64,000 nucleotides of DNA from an uncultured Mycoplasmatales bacterium (GTDB lineage Bacteria; Bacillota_I; Bacilli_A; Mycoplasmatales; Mycoplasmataceae). The stretch's first letter is position 1. Each line of letters starts with the position of its first letter. The position numbers and the translations under genes are program-made. The notes under the pieces were generated by a model. That model was given only the letters and a program-made list of their open reading frames with translations, did no database searches and was not told the origin of the DNA. Positions 33,426-44,259 of the stretch are shown in pieces. Location of the stretch: assembly GCA_964485375.1 (NCBI GenBank), contig CAZAJD010000001.1, forward strand, positions 25,271 through 89,270. Reading direction: 5' to 3'.

Positions 33426-34448
33426 ATGAAAAATATAACTATTATTGGCACAGGTGCATATGGCACTGCCTTAGCAAATGTATTATCAGAAAATGGTCAT
33501 AATATCAAAATGATCGGCGTAGAAAAAAACCAAGTTGATGATATAAATTTAAATCATAGAAATACTGCTTTTTTCCCAACACATAAAATAAATCCTAAAA
33601 TAAGAGCCTATACTGATTGAGTAATTGGTATGGAAAATTGTGAAATAATAGTAATATGTGTTCCTAGTCAATATTTGGTTAGTATTTGTGAAAATATAAA
33701 TAAATATTGTAAAAATAAAGTTGGAATAGTGAATGCAACAAAAGGGTTTGATGTTAAAACAGGCGATTTACCTAATGTTATTTTAAATGAAAAAATCTTT
33801 TCTAAAAATATTGCTTTTTTAGGAGGAATATATGGACCTAGTATAGCTTCTGAAGTATTAGATAAAAAAAATATTCATATAGCAGCAGCTGGCATTAATC
33901 TATATGCGGCTAAACAGATTAAGAAAATTTTTAATAACTCTTATTTTAAAGTTTTTGAATCAACTGATATAAATGTTATAGAGTATTCTTGTATTTTAAA
34001 AAATCCATTAGCTATAATGTCTGGAATGGTATATGCTGTATTCGGTTCTATGAGTACTACTGCCTCTTTAATTGCTATCGGAATAAATGAAATAAAAAAA
34101 ATTATTATGATTGCAACTAAAAAGTCATTTAAAGATATTAATATGAATATACCTAGTTTAGCAGATATTATATTAACAACTACAAGTGAAAAATCTCGAA
34201 ATTTTCAATTAGGTTTTAAAATTGGTAAAGCTAATAACGCCAGTAAAGTATTACGTGAGTCTAATGCTAATACTGTAGAAGGGCTAGTTACTTGTAAAAT
34301 TATTTATGAATTAATCGGAACAAATAATGATGATTTATTAGTTATAAATTCTTTATATGATATTATCTATAATAATAAAAAACCAAGTACTTATTTACAA
34401 TTTTTATTAGATAATGATCAAGATTTATTTAATAACTTAAAAAAATAA
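33426..34448 (+). CDS. gpsA: NAD(P)H-dependent glycerol-3-phosphate dehydrogenase
   Basis: ORFs 33426-33620 and 33630-34448 are in the same frame, joined by one TGA. Rossmann motif IIGTGAYGTALA; ..NATKGF.., ..LKNPLAI... Confidence 0.9.
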
Positions 34449-34494
34449 TGTAAAATTAAAAATGTGTAATAATATTTAGAATGGAGTATTTTTT

Positions 34495-34767
34495 ATGTCA
34501 AAGCAATTAATTATTGAGCAATTAACATCTCAATTAAATTTTAAAAAAAATGATATTGATGAAATAGTATCAAAAATATTTGAGTGTATAAAAGAACAAT
34601 TAGTAAGTGGGAATGAAGTTTCAATTCCTAAATTTGGTAAGTTTACTGTTCAACAAAGAAGTGAACGTACTGGTAGAAATCCAAAAACTGGGGAAACAAT
34701 TCAAATACCTTCTTCAAAAACTGTTAAATTCAAATCATCTAAAATTTTAAAAGAACATTTAAATTAA
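34495..34767 (+). CDS. hup: HU-family DNA-binding protein
   Basis: 90-aa ORF. GKFTVQQRSERTGRNPKTGETIQIPSSKTVKFK is the HU beta-arm signature. Confidence 0.9.
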   Translation: MSKQLIIEQLTSQLNFKKNDIDEIVSKIFECIKEQLVSGNEVSIPKFGKFTVQQRSERTGRNPKTGETIQIPSSKTVKFKSSKILKEHLN

Positions 34768-34792
34768 TTTAAATATCGAAAATTTAAAATTA

Positions 34793-35188
34793 ATGAATTT
34801 TGAATATTTTTTAAAACATCATATTATTAATAAAAATTATTTTTTATTAGATAATTATAAAATTTTAGATTTAAATATAGATGAATTAATTTTTATTTCA
34901 TTTATTATTTTCAGAACTAGTGGTAATAGCAAAATATTATCTTTGAAGGAATTGTCAAATGATATGAAGATTGATGAAGATAAAGTAGAAAAATTATATT
35001 CATCATTATTGACTAAACAATTAATTAATATTAAGTTATCAAAAGATGGTAATTTGGAATGTAATCTTGATAATTTATTTTTAATTATATTTAATAAAAT
35101 ATATAAAAATAAAGATAAAATTCCTTTTAAAAATAAAGATAAAAACTTAAATGAAAAAATTGTTTACAATTGATTGGATGAAAAATAG
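34793..35188 (+). CDS. Hypothetical protein (weak resemblance to the DnaD/DnaB-type N-terminal winged helix)
   Basis: Track ORF 34793-35173 plus 4 codons after a TGA; TAG 35186-35188. No confident motif. Confidence 0.35.
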
Positions 35189-35218
35189 TTTTTTAATATT
35201 TTTAAAAAATCTAATCTA

Positions 35219-35257
35219 AAAGGATCTGAAATACATATTTCAGATCCTTTTATTTTA
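35219..35257. terminator. Strong bidirectional terminator hairpin
   Basis: aaaggatctgaaat (35219-35232) / atttcagatccttt (35237-35250), a perfect 14-bp stem with a 4-nt loop. It is T-rich 3' on the + strand and A-rich 5'. It lies between convergent genes. Confidence 0.7.
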
Positions 35258-35281
35258 ACAAAATTTAAATCTATTTTAATT

Positions 35282-35671
35282 TTATGGTGATCCCTTTGTT
35301 TTTTGATTATTTCATAATTTACTAAATAAAATCTATTTATTTTTGTATAGTATAAAATAAAAAATCAATAACCTTTGTGCTTTGTAGTAAATTCTATTTC
35401 CTTTCATTGACTTTTCCTAATATTTTTTAAAAAAAATATTGGAAGTAATTTCTTTAGCTTCAATTGTTATATATTTACCATTTCAAATTCCGTAATAATC
35501 AACACCTGAAATATTAGATATAATATTATTTACTTTAAAGTCAAGAGTTTGAAGCATTACGTTACCTAGTCTTTTATAAAATAAAGCTTCAAAATTATTA
35601 TTATAGTATTCAATAGATAAATTGATTATGCCTTCTAAAAAAGACCCATTATTTACTAATATATTTTTCAT
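35282..35671 (-). pseudogene. recU: recU-like Holliday-junction resolvase gene interrupted by two in-frame TAG codons
   Basis: The reverse-strand ORF from ATG (complement of 35669-35671) reads MKNILVNNGSFLEGIINLSIEYY..SGVDYYGIWNGKYITIEAKE.., matching the RecU blocks NRG.SLE..IN..NEYY and DY.G...G..I.FEAKET. It hits TAG (complement of 35417-35419). The same frame continues ..KAQRLLIFYFILYKNK, hits a second TAG (complement of 35333-35335), then ..ILFSKLWNN.. runs to TAA (complement of 35282-35284). Confidence 0.6.
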
Positions 35672-35726
35672 TTATTTACTCCTTATAAATATTTTCAATT
35701 CTAAAAATCATTTCCCTTTAAAAAAT

Positions 35727-35755
35727 TTGATTTATTATTAATAATAATATATTAT
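35727..35755 (+). promoter_or_regulatory. Putative promoter of rnpB (TTGATT-N17-TATTAT)
   Basis: ttgatt at 35727-35732, a 17-nt spacer and tattat at 35750-35755. This places the transcription start about 7 nt downstream, at the predicted 5' end of RNase P RNA. Confidence 0.45.
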
Positions 35756-35762
35756 TAAATTT

Positions 35763-36149
35763 GAAAAGCAGATTTGCTAATCGCTGACTTATATAGTTAG
35801 AGGAAACTCCATGCTCATACTTTCTGTGATGAAAGTAGTGATTGTGTTAAAGGAAAAAATAACTTTAAACTTGTAAATTAAATTTACAAGATGGCTGAAT
35901 AAATTGACTAAGTATTTATTAAATTAAATATATGTTAATTTTTTCTGTAAAAGTGCCAAAGAGACGAGGCCTTAAAGAAATTTAAGGAAGTGGAACGTGG
36001 TAAACCCCGCAAATGAGAAACCTAAATTTTGGTAAGGGAATTAAAAATTTCGAAATGAAGAAATTTTTGAATTATAGTTATACTATGATAGATAAATGGT
36101 TAGCATCTTGAAATATAGATACAAAACATGGGTTATAAATCTGCTTTTT
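35763..36149 (+). ncRNA. rnpB: RNase P RNA (bacterial type B)
   Basis: The P4 5' strand AGAGGAAACUCCAUGCUC (consensus GAGGAAAGUCCAUGCUC) is at ~35800-35817, and the 3' strand ACAAAACAUGGGUUA is at ~36121-36135. The terminal P1 pairing is gaaaagcagattt (35763-35775) with aaatctgcttttt (36137-36149). The region is non-coding, and locally G+C-richer blocks sit around the AGUGCCAAAGAGACGAGGCC and GUGGAACGUGGUAAACCCCGCAAAUGAG stretches. Confidence 0.85.
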
Positions 36150-36213
36150 ATTTCAATTCTTAATCTTTTATAGGATTATTATATTTAATTAATTCTTAGA
36201 AAGAATATTTAAA

Positions 36214-36701
36214 ATGTTTTTTTTAAAAAAAAAATAAAAAATTTATTAATAAAAAACAATTTAAAAATATCTTCTTGTGAAAGTGTCACTGGAGGATATT
36301 TTGCTCATTATTTAACTTCTTTAAAAGGAGCTAGTATTTTTTTTATTGGTTCAATGGTATTATATTCTGATGAAGCAAAAATTAATTTATTAAGTATAGA
36401 TTCCAATTTAATTAACAAGTTTACTTCTATAAGTAAAGAAATTTCAATTGAAATGGTTAAAAAATGTTCAATTTTATTTAATAATAATTTATCAATATCT
36501 TTTACTGGTAATTCAGAATCTGATTCAGTTTCTAAAAATTCAAAGTATAAAACAGTTTTTGTTTCTCTTTTATTTAATAAAAAAATTCTATCAAAAGAAA
36601 TTAATTTTAGCAAAAAAGTTAAAAGAAATTGTTTAATAAAAAAAACAATAAAAATATCTATATTATGAATAATAGAAGTTTTAAAAAAGGATATTTCCTA
36701 A
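36214..36701 (+). CDS. cinA: CinA C-terminal-domain / PncC-like nicotinamide-nucleotide amidohydrolase (start unresolved: the ATG is out of frame across a T8-A10 tract)
   Basis: Frame 0 reads ..IKNLLIKNNLKISSCESVTGGYFAHYLTSLKGASIFFIGSMVLYSDEAKINLL.. (the ESCTGG-type motif), passes one TGA and ends at TAA 36699-36701. It sits directly upstream of recA, as in Bacillota. The only ATG (36214) is in frame 1 and stops at 36235-36237; frame 0 has no ATG before the motif. ATA 36234 and TTA 36243 are possible table-4 starts. Confidence 0.65.
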
Positions 36702-36734
36702 TTCAATATTAAGATATTAATAAGGTGAATTAAA

Positions 36735-37787
36735 ATGGAAAAAAATAATATTAAAACTTTAAATAGTAACAATATAAAACATAAAGATAATTCAGATAAA
36801 AATATTGATATATTAAAAGATGTTGTAAAAGAAATTGTTAAAACTTATGGAAAAGGATCTGCAATTTTATTAGGTACTGATGCAAATATTACGATAGAGT
36901 CAATATCTTCAGGGAGTATTTTATTAGATAATGCAATAGGTATTGGTGGATATCCGAAAGGTAGAATAATAGAAATATTTGGTCCTGAATCATCTGGAAA
37001 AACTACTTTTTGTTTACATGCTATAGCAGAAGTTCAAAAACATAATGGGAAAGCTGCCTTTATTGATATTGAACATGCTCTTAACCCTATTCATGCACAA
37101 AATATTGGTGTTAATATTAATGAACTTATAATATCTCAACCTGATTATGGTGAGCAAGCATTAGATATTTTAGAAACGTTAATTAAAACTAATGAAATAG
37201 ATTTGATTATTATCGATTCAGTATCAGCTATTATTCCTAAAAAAGAATTAGACGGTGAAATTGGTGACCAAACTATTGGATATCAAGCAAGATTAATGTC
37301 AAAAGCATTACGAAAAATTAATGGTATTATTTCAAAAACTAATTGTGTTGTTATTTTTATTAATCAAATACGTGAAAAAATAGGAGTTATGTTTGGGAAT
37401 CCTGAAACTACTTCTGGTGGTCGAGCATTACGATTTTATAGCTCTGTAAGAATAGATTTAAGAAGAATAGAAACTATAAAATCTCATAATGGAGAACCAA
37501 TAGGTATAAATGTAAAAGCTAAAATAGTAAAAAATAAGGTTTCTTCACCTTTTAGAAGTGCTGTTATTAACTTAGATTTTACAAATGGAATTAATAAATA
37601 CAGCGAAGTAATAAGTTTAGGATTAATATATGAAGTTATTACTAAAAAAGGAATTTGATATTTTTTTGATAATCAAAAAATCGGACAAGGTAAAAATAAA
37701 ACTATTGAATTTTTAAAGTCTGATGTTGAAATTTACAAAAAAATAAAATCAATTATAATGAAAAAAATGAACATAAGGAGAACATAG
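36735..37787 (+). CDS. recA: Recombinase A
   Basis: ORF 36735-37658 extends through one TGA to TAG 37785-37787. Walker [10 protein letters not shown]; motifs [56 protein letters not shown]. Confidence 0.95.
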
Positions 37788-37791
37788 TACT

Positions 37792-39306
37792 TTGAGTAAT
37801 GGAATAATTATTATGATATGTGTTTTACTTTCTTTAATATGTTTTATTTTAGGTCTTTTTATTTCTTGAATATATTTTTTTAAATTAAGTAAAGTACATA
37901 AAGATAAAATAACTAAAATTAAATTAGAATCAGAAAAAATCGCAAATAGTATAAAAACTGAGGCTGAAGCAGAAAGTATAAAAATAATTCAAAATGCAAC
38001 TCAGTATGCTTGAAATAAGAAACACGAACATATTAAAAATGAAAAAATATTAAATTTAAGAACAAAGAATCTTTTGGAAAGAAAAAAAATCTTAAATAAT
38101 TTAGAACAAAATATATTGATTAATGAAAAAAAAATTAAAGAGAAACTTAATTTAGTAACTAGTGAATTTTACAAAATTGCTGATACTACACCTCAAGAAG
38201 CCAAAGAAAAAATTTTTAAAGATTTGAGATTTTCTTTACGAAAAGAGATGAATGAAGAAGTTAAGAAAAATAATATAAAAATTCAATCTTCATATAGAAA
38301 AAGGGCTCTTGATATTATTTCAAATGCAATTGAAAAATATTCACCTATAATTGTAGCAGATAAGACTATATCGATTATTAAATTAGAAAATAATGATATA
38401 AAAGGTAAGATTATAGGAAAAGATGGGCGTAATATTAGAGTATTTGAAAAATGTAGTGGTGTGGATCTAGTTATTAATGATACACCAGGAATTATACGAT
38501 TATCATCTTTTAATTCATATCGTAGAGAAATAGCTAAAACAGCATTATTAAAATTAATTGATGATGGGCGTATTCAACCTAATAGAATAGAAGAATATTT
38601 AGCAATAGCAAAAGAAGAACATGAAACGAAAATTGCAGAAGCTGGTCATGATATTATGGATTTATTGAATTTCGATAATATGAATCCTCAATTTGCTAAA
38701 TATTTTGGGTTATTAAAATTTAGAACTAGTTATGGTCAAAATGCTTTAGAACATTGTATTGAAGTAGGAAAGCTTGCTGCTTCTATGGCATCTGAATTAA
38801 ATTTAAATCCTAATATTGCACTTAGAGCAGGTTTTTTACATGATATAGGTAAATCTGTAGATGAAGAAAATGAAGGATCGCATGTATTATTAGGAGCAAA
38901 ATTAGCTAGAAAATTTAATGAATCAGAAATTGTTATTAATGCTATAGAATCTCATCATGGCGATGTTCCGGTAAATAACATTTATTCGGTTTTAGTATCT
39001 GCTGCAGATACACTCTCAGCAGCTAGACCTGGTGCAAGAAATAATAATTTAGAATTTTTCATTCAAAGAATGACTAAAATTGAAGGAATATGTAAAAGTA
39101 TACCTGGGATAAAACAATGTTATGCGTTGCAATCAGGAAGGCAAATACGAATTGTTGTAAATTCAAATAAAATAAAAGATATTGATATGCATACAATATC
39201 TTTAAAAATTAAAACAGCTATTAAAAATTCTGATATTATAATACCTGGAGATATTAATATTGATATTATTAGAGAAGTAAGAATTTCAGATAAAATTAAA
39301 AAATAA
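37792..39306 (+). CDS. rny: Ribonuclease Y (N-terminal TM anchor, KH and HD domains)
   Basis: AAGGAG at 37775-37780, then TTG 37792 (ATG 37813 is also in frame), in frame with ORF 38074-39306 via TGA. TM segment IIIMICVLLSLICFILGLFISW; KH motif GKIIGKDGRNIRVFE; HD motif HCIEVGKLA..GFLHDIGK. Confidence 0.9.
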
Positions 39307-39327
39307 ATTTTATATAAGGAGAAAAAT

Positions 39328-40671
39328 ATGATAGGAGATTTTTTATCAAATAGATTAAAAAAATCAATTCAAAAAAACATGAAGAAATCTATTTTAACAA
39401 AAGAAGGTATAGAACCTTCTTTACGTGAAATTAAAATAAATTTATTAGAAGCAGATGTTAATATTGAAGTTGTAAATGATTTAATAAAAAAAATAAAATC
39501 AAAATCGCTTAACAAAGGTATTTTGAATAATGCTAATCCAAGTCAAATGATGATTAAAATTGTTCATACAGAAATCAAAGATATTTTAGGAAAATCTACA
39601 TCATTTTTGAATTTGAGTAGTAAACCTAATATATTTTTAGTTGCTGGGTTGCAAGGTTCTGGAAAAACTACAACTGTTGCAAAATTAGCTACTTATGTTA
39701 AAAGAAAAAAACATTATAACAAAATTTTATTAGTTGCATGTGACGTATACCGTCCTGCAGCAATTGAGCAATTAAAACAATTATCTCAAAATGCTGGAGT
39801 TGATATTTTTGAAAAAGGGCTTCAAAGTCCTATAAAAACTATTACTGAATCATTGATATATGCAAATAAATATAAATATGATTTAGTAATAATTGATACA
39901 GCTGGTCGTACGCAAGTAGATCAAAAATTAATGGATGAAATTAAGCAAATTAAGAAAATATCGAAACCTAATGAAACCTTATTGGTAGTAGATGGGATGA
40001 TAGGACAAGAAATAATTCCGATAATTAGTTCTTTTAATAATGCTATTAATTTATCAGGAGTAATTGTTACAAAACTTGATGGTAGTAGTAGAGGTGGATC
40101 TGTTCTATCTATAACACATATGACTAATATTCCAATAAAATTTATAGGTACTGGAGAAAATCTCAATAATTTAGAATTATTTCATCCTAAAAGAATGGCA
40201 GATCGTATTTTGGGTATGGGAGATATAGATACATTATTTGAGAAGTTTAGAGATAATATAGATGACAGAACAATCAAAGTAAGTATGCGTAGAATGATGT
40301 CTGGTCAATTTGATTTACAAGATTATTTAAATCAATTAAAGCAAATGAAAAAAATGGGCAAAATGTCTAGCATTATGAAATTAATTCCTAATTCACCAAA
40401 AATTAGTGCTGAAAAATTAGATTCTATTCAAAGAAAATTGAATATAACTGAAATTATTTTAAATAGTACAACTATAAAAGAACGACGTGAACCTAAACTT
40501 TTAAAATATTTAACAAGAAAACAACGTGTTATAAAAGGATCTGGGCGCACAGAAAAAGAATTTAATGAACTAATGAATCAGTATGAAAAAATTAAGAAAA
40601 AGATTGATGAAGTTAAAAAACAGATGATTTCTGGTAATATGCCTAAATTCAATGGCGCAGGAATGTTTTAG
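39328..40671 (+). CDS. ffh: Signal recognition particle protein Ffh
   Basis: Intact 447-aa ORF with AAGGAG upstream. Motifs: GLQGSGKTTTVAKLA, DTAGR, TKLDGSSRGG; Met-rich M domain. Confidence 0.95.
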   Translation: MIGDFLSNRLKKSIQKNMKKSILTKEGIEPSLREIKINLLEADVNIEVVNDLIKKIKSKSLNKGILNNANPSQMMIKIVHTEIKDILGKSTSFLNLSSKPNIFLVAGLQGSGKTTTVAKLATYVKRKKHYNKILLVACDVYRPAAIEQLKQLSQNAGVDIFEKGLQSPIKTITESLIYANKYKYDLVIIDTAGRTQVDQKLMDEIKQIKKISKPNETLLVVDGMIGQEIIPIISSFNNAINLSGVIVTKLDGSSRGGSVLSITHMTNIPIKFIGTGENLNNLELFHPKRMADRILGMGDIDTLFEKFRDNIDDRTIKVSMRRMMSGQFDLQDYLNQLKQMKKMGKMSSIMKLIPNSPKISAEKLDSIQRKLNITEIILNSTTIKERREPKLLKYLTRKQRVIKGSGRTEKEFNELMNQYEKIKKKIDEVKKQMISGNMPKFNGAGMF

Positions 40672-40702
40672 TGTTAAGTGTTTAGACTTGACACTTTTTT
40701 TT
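40671..40702 (+). terminator. Rho-independent terminator after ffh
   Basis: gtgttaag (40671-40678) pairs with cttgacac (40687-40694), 8 bp including one G-U pair, followed by T8. Confidence 0.6.
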
Positions 40703-40755
40703 ATTTTTGTATTATTAAAGTATATTGATTTATTTAAAAGGAGAAAATATAAAAT

Positions 40756-41133
40756 ATGGTAAAATTAAGATTAAAAAGAATGGGTAAAAAAAAGAGTGCT
40801 TTCTATAGAATTGTAGTTGCAGATTCAAGAGTACAAAGAGATGGTAAGTATATAGAATTATTAGGTACTTATGATCCTTTGAAAAAACATACAATTTTAA
40901 ATAAAGAATTATCTTTAAAATGAATGTTTAATGGTGCACAACCAACAGATACTGTTAAAAGTATTTTATCTAAAGAAGGCGTTTTAAAAATGTATCATGA
41001 TGAAAGAACTAAACTAAGATCACAAAAAGCAAAACTTAATCCAAAAAAACAAAAATTAGAAAAAAAGATAATTAAGAATATTTCTAATACTTCAAATTTA
41101 AAAAAAGTTATAGAAGATGCAAAAGTTAGTTAA
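40756..41133 (+). CDS. rpsP: 30S ribosomal protein S16 (with Lys-rich C-terminal extension)
   Basis: AAAGGAGA upstream of ATG 40756. Starts [41 protein letters not shown]; one TGA joins it to track ORF 40924-41133. Confidence 0.9.
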
Positions 41134-41623
41134 AATAGGTTTTATTAAAACTTCTCATGGTTTAAAAGGAGAATTAGAATTAAAACTTTTATATTCTGAT
41201 TTAAATTTCTATGATTATATAAATGAAACAATATTTTTATATAATGTTCATTCTGATATTTATGAAGATTTTTTTGTTGAAAAAGTATTTATGAAAAAAC
41301 ATAATTATGTTATTAAAATAAAAAATTTAAATAATATAAATGAATCAAGCAAGTATAAAATGTGAGATTTGTATATTCCTAAAATTTGATTAAATGATTT
41401 AAAATGATTCCAAAATATAGATATTTTAGGATTCAAAGTTAAAGATTCAAACTCTAATGCAATATTAGGTATTGTATCGTCTGTTGATACACAAACAAGT
41501 AATTATATAATTTGTATTAAAAATAATGATAAAGAAATATTAATACCTTATGTTGATAAATTTGTTAAAAAAATTCAATATGATGCAAAAACTATTTATT
41601 TAGATATGATAGAAGGTTTATAA
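41117..41623 (+). CDS. rimM: 16S rRNA processing protein RimM
   Basis: ORF 41117-41365 extends through three TGA to TAA 41621-41623 and overlaps rpsP by 17 nt. The N-terminus [19 protein letters not shown] is the RimM pattern; position is rpsP-rimM-trmD. Confidence 0.75.
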
Positions 41624-42355
41624 ATGCAAAAATTTTATATCCTAACTTTATTTCCTAATTTATTCGAAAGTTTTAAAGAATATTCTATAATTCGACAAGC
41701 TATTAAAAAAGAACATATTAATATAAACATTATTGATATTAGAAAATTTTCTAATTTTAAAAATAAACAAGTAGATGATACTCCTTATGGTGGCGGACCA
41801 GGAATGGTTCTTATGATAGAACCTATAGTAAATGCTTTAAAAAGTATTAAAACTAAATCTAAAAAAATAATTTTGCTTTCTCCTCAAGGTGAAGTATTTA
41901 ATCAAAATAAAGCAAATAAAATATTAAATTATAATACTGATTTAATTTTTATATGTGGTCATTATGAAGGTATTGATGAAAGAATTTATAATTATATTGA
42001 TGAGGAATTATCTATAGGAGATTATATTCTTACTGGTGGAGAAATACCAGCTATGTCTGTTGTTGATACAATAGTTAGATTAGTCCCAGGAGTTATAAGA
42101 AAAGAATCCGTTACAAATGATTCTTTTAGTAATAAAAGTAAGATTTTAGATTATCCTGTTTATACAAAACCTGCAGCTTTTAAAGAATTATTAGTACCTA
42201 ATGTTTTGCTAGAAGGCAATCATAAATTAATTAATGAATGAAGAGAATATCATTCATTAAAAAAAACTTTAATTAAAAGACCTGATCTTCTAAATGATAA
42301 TTTAACAAATGAACAAAAAAAAATAATAAAAACAATAAAATTACAAAAAAAATAA
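41624..42355 (+). CDS. trmD: tRNA (guanine37-N1)-methyltransferase
   Basis: ATG abuts the rimM stop. Motifs: DDTPYGGGPGMVLMIEP, ICGHYEGIDERI, SIGDYILTGGEIPAM. One TGA; TAA 42353-42355. Confidence 0.9.
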
Positions 42356-42366
42356 GGAGCATAATT

Positions 42367-42717
42367 ATGTCAAATGTAAGAATAATTAATAATATTGAAA
42401 AAATGCAAATGCGCAATGATCTACCAAGATTATTAACTGGGGATACTATAGTGGTAAGTTATAAGATTAAAGATGGTAATAAATTTCGTATTCAAAAATT
42501 TGAAGGTGTATTAATAAAATCTCAAGGAAGTAATATTTCACAAAATATTACGGTACGTAAAACTTTTACTGGAGTTTCAGTAGAAAAAGTTTTTCCTATT
42601 CACTCGCCCAATGTAGAAAGTATAGAAGTATTAAAGCATGGGAAAGTTAGAAGAGCTAGAATTTATTATTTACGTAAATTAACTGGTAAAGCAGCAAAAA
42701 TAAAAACAAAATTATAA
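42367..42717 (+). CDS. rplS: 50S ribosomal protein L19
   Basis: AAGGAG upstream; intact 116-aa ORF. Motifs: GDTIVVSYKIKDGNKFRIQKFEGVLI, KHGKVRRARIYYLR. Confidence 0.95.
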   Translation: MSNVRIINNIEKMQMRNDLPRLLTGDTIVVSYKIKDGNKFRIQKFEGVLIKSQGSNISQNITVRKTFTGVSVEKVFPIHSPNVESIEVLKHGKVRRARIYYLRKLTGKAAKIKTKL

Positions 42718-42720
42718 TTA

Positions 42721-42752
42721 AAAAATCTGTTATTTGAATAACAGATTTTTAT
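42721..42752 (+). terminator. Rho-independent terminator after rplS
   Basis: aaaaatctgttatt (42721-42734) / aataacagattttt (42737-42750), a perfect inverted repeat followed by T residues. Confidence 0.7.
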
Positions 42753-42793
42753 TTATAACAAATTTGAATTAAAATTAAATAGGGTGTGAAGTA

Positions 42794-43675
42794 TTGAATA
42801 ATAATAAAATAAACTGGTTTCCTGGTCATATGAAAAAAGCAATTGATGAACTGAAGAAGAAAAATAAAATCATTGATTTATTTTTAGAAGTTATTGATGC
42901 TAGAATACCACTTTCTTCTATGGATTCATTCACTAAAGAAGTAATAAACAATAAACCTAGAATTATTATTATAAACAAATCTGATTTAGCAGATTCTAAT
43001 GTTACTAAACGATGAAGTATTTTTTTTGAAAAAAATAATTTAGAATTTATTATTACTACTACTAAATCCAATAATATAAAAAAAATTATTATTGATAAAA
43101 TATATCAAATCTTAGAAGAGAAAATTAAAATAAAAAAATCAAAAGGAATTATTAATTATGCGATAAATATTGCTGTATTAGGAATTCCAAATGTTGGAAA
43201 ATCGACAATTATAAATAAATTAGTAGGTAAAAACAAAACCAAAATGGCAAACATTCCTGGAGTTACAAAATCTCAACAATTAATAAAAGTATCAAAAGAT
43301 ATATTTTTATTAGATACTCCAGGAATTTTAATTCCTAATTTGACGAATCAAGATATTGCGATGAAATTAGCACTTACTAATAATATAAAAATTAACAGTA
43401 TTGATAGAGAAGAAATTGTTTATAAAGGTTTATTTTATTTATTAAATAATTATTCTGGTATGCTAGAAAAAAAATATAACATTCTAATCAATAAAAGCGA
43501 TTTTAAAGTTTATGATCCTAATATTATTTTTAATAATATAATTTTAAAAATAAAAACAAATAATATTGATAATGTAATTAACAAATTTTTTTATGATATG
43601 ATTTTATCTAAAATAGGAAAGATTAGTTGAGAAATTCCAAGTGATGAAATGCAATCTAGATTTAAAATATTATAA
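42794..43675 (+). CDS. rbgA: Ribosome biogenesis GTPase A (YlqF/RbgA, circularly permuted GTPase)
   Basis: TTG 42794 (AGGGTG upstream); ORFs 42794- and 43244- are in the same frame via TGA; TAA 43673-43675. Motifs: INWFPGHMKKA, NKSDL, GIPNVGKSTIINKL, PGVTK, LLDTPGIL. Confidence 0.85.
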
Positions 43676-44243
43676 TAATAAAAATCAATACATATGTGGG
43701 GTAGATGAAGTTGGTAGAGGCCCCCTTGCTGGCCCATTAGTTATATGTGCAATAGTATTGCCAAAGGATTTTTATTTATCTCAAATTGATGATTCAAAAA
43801 AAATATCTTCAAAATTAAGGAATATCTTATATCCATTAATAATTAAATCTGCTATTTCTTATTCTTTAATTATTAAATCTAATATTTATGTAGATAAATT
43901 TAATCCCAAAAAAGCAACAATCTTATCTATGCAATTAGCAATTGATAATCTATCTATAAAACCAGATTTTATTCTTACTGATGCTGAGAATATTGGTAAG
44001 AATTATAATCATATAGCAGTTATAAAAGGGGATACTAAATCTCAGTCAATAGCTGCTGCATCAATTGTCGCAAAGGTTTACCGCGATAAAATAATGGTAA
44101 TTTATGATAAGTATTACCCTAAATATCATTTTTCTGAAAATAAAGGGTATGGAACTTTTAAACATCTTGTAGCATTAAATTCTTATGGGGTAACCCCTAT
44201 TCATCGTATTAGTTATAAACCTGTTCAAAAATTATTAAAATAG
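43644..44243 (+). CDS. rnhB: Ribonuclease HII
   Basis: ATG 43644 (GTG 43641 is an alternative); overlaps the end of rbgA. Motifs: GVDEVGRGPLAGPLV, DDSKK, AAASIVAKVYRD, KGYGT..H. Confidence 0.9.
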   Translation: MKCNLDLKYYNNKNQYICGVDEVGRGPLAGPLVICAIVLPKDFYLSQIDDSKKISSKLRNILYPLIIKSAISYSLIIKSNIYVDKFNPKKATILSMQLAIDNLSIKPDFILTDAENIGKNYNHIAVIKGDTKSQSIAAASIVAKVYRDKIMVIYDKYYPKYHFSENKGYGTFKHLVALNSYGVTPIHRISYKPVQKLLK

Positions 44244-44259
44244 TATTGAAGGAGCCGAT

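Noticed and set aside
35333-35419. Idea that TAG is reassigned or read through, which would make recU intact
   Set aside because: TAG is the terminal stop of many conserved genes in this window at the expected protein ends (ravA-like, pheT, rsmH, thyA, folA, recA, ffh, rpsB). Reassignment is therefore not supported; a pseudogene or truncation is more parsimonious.
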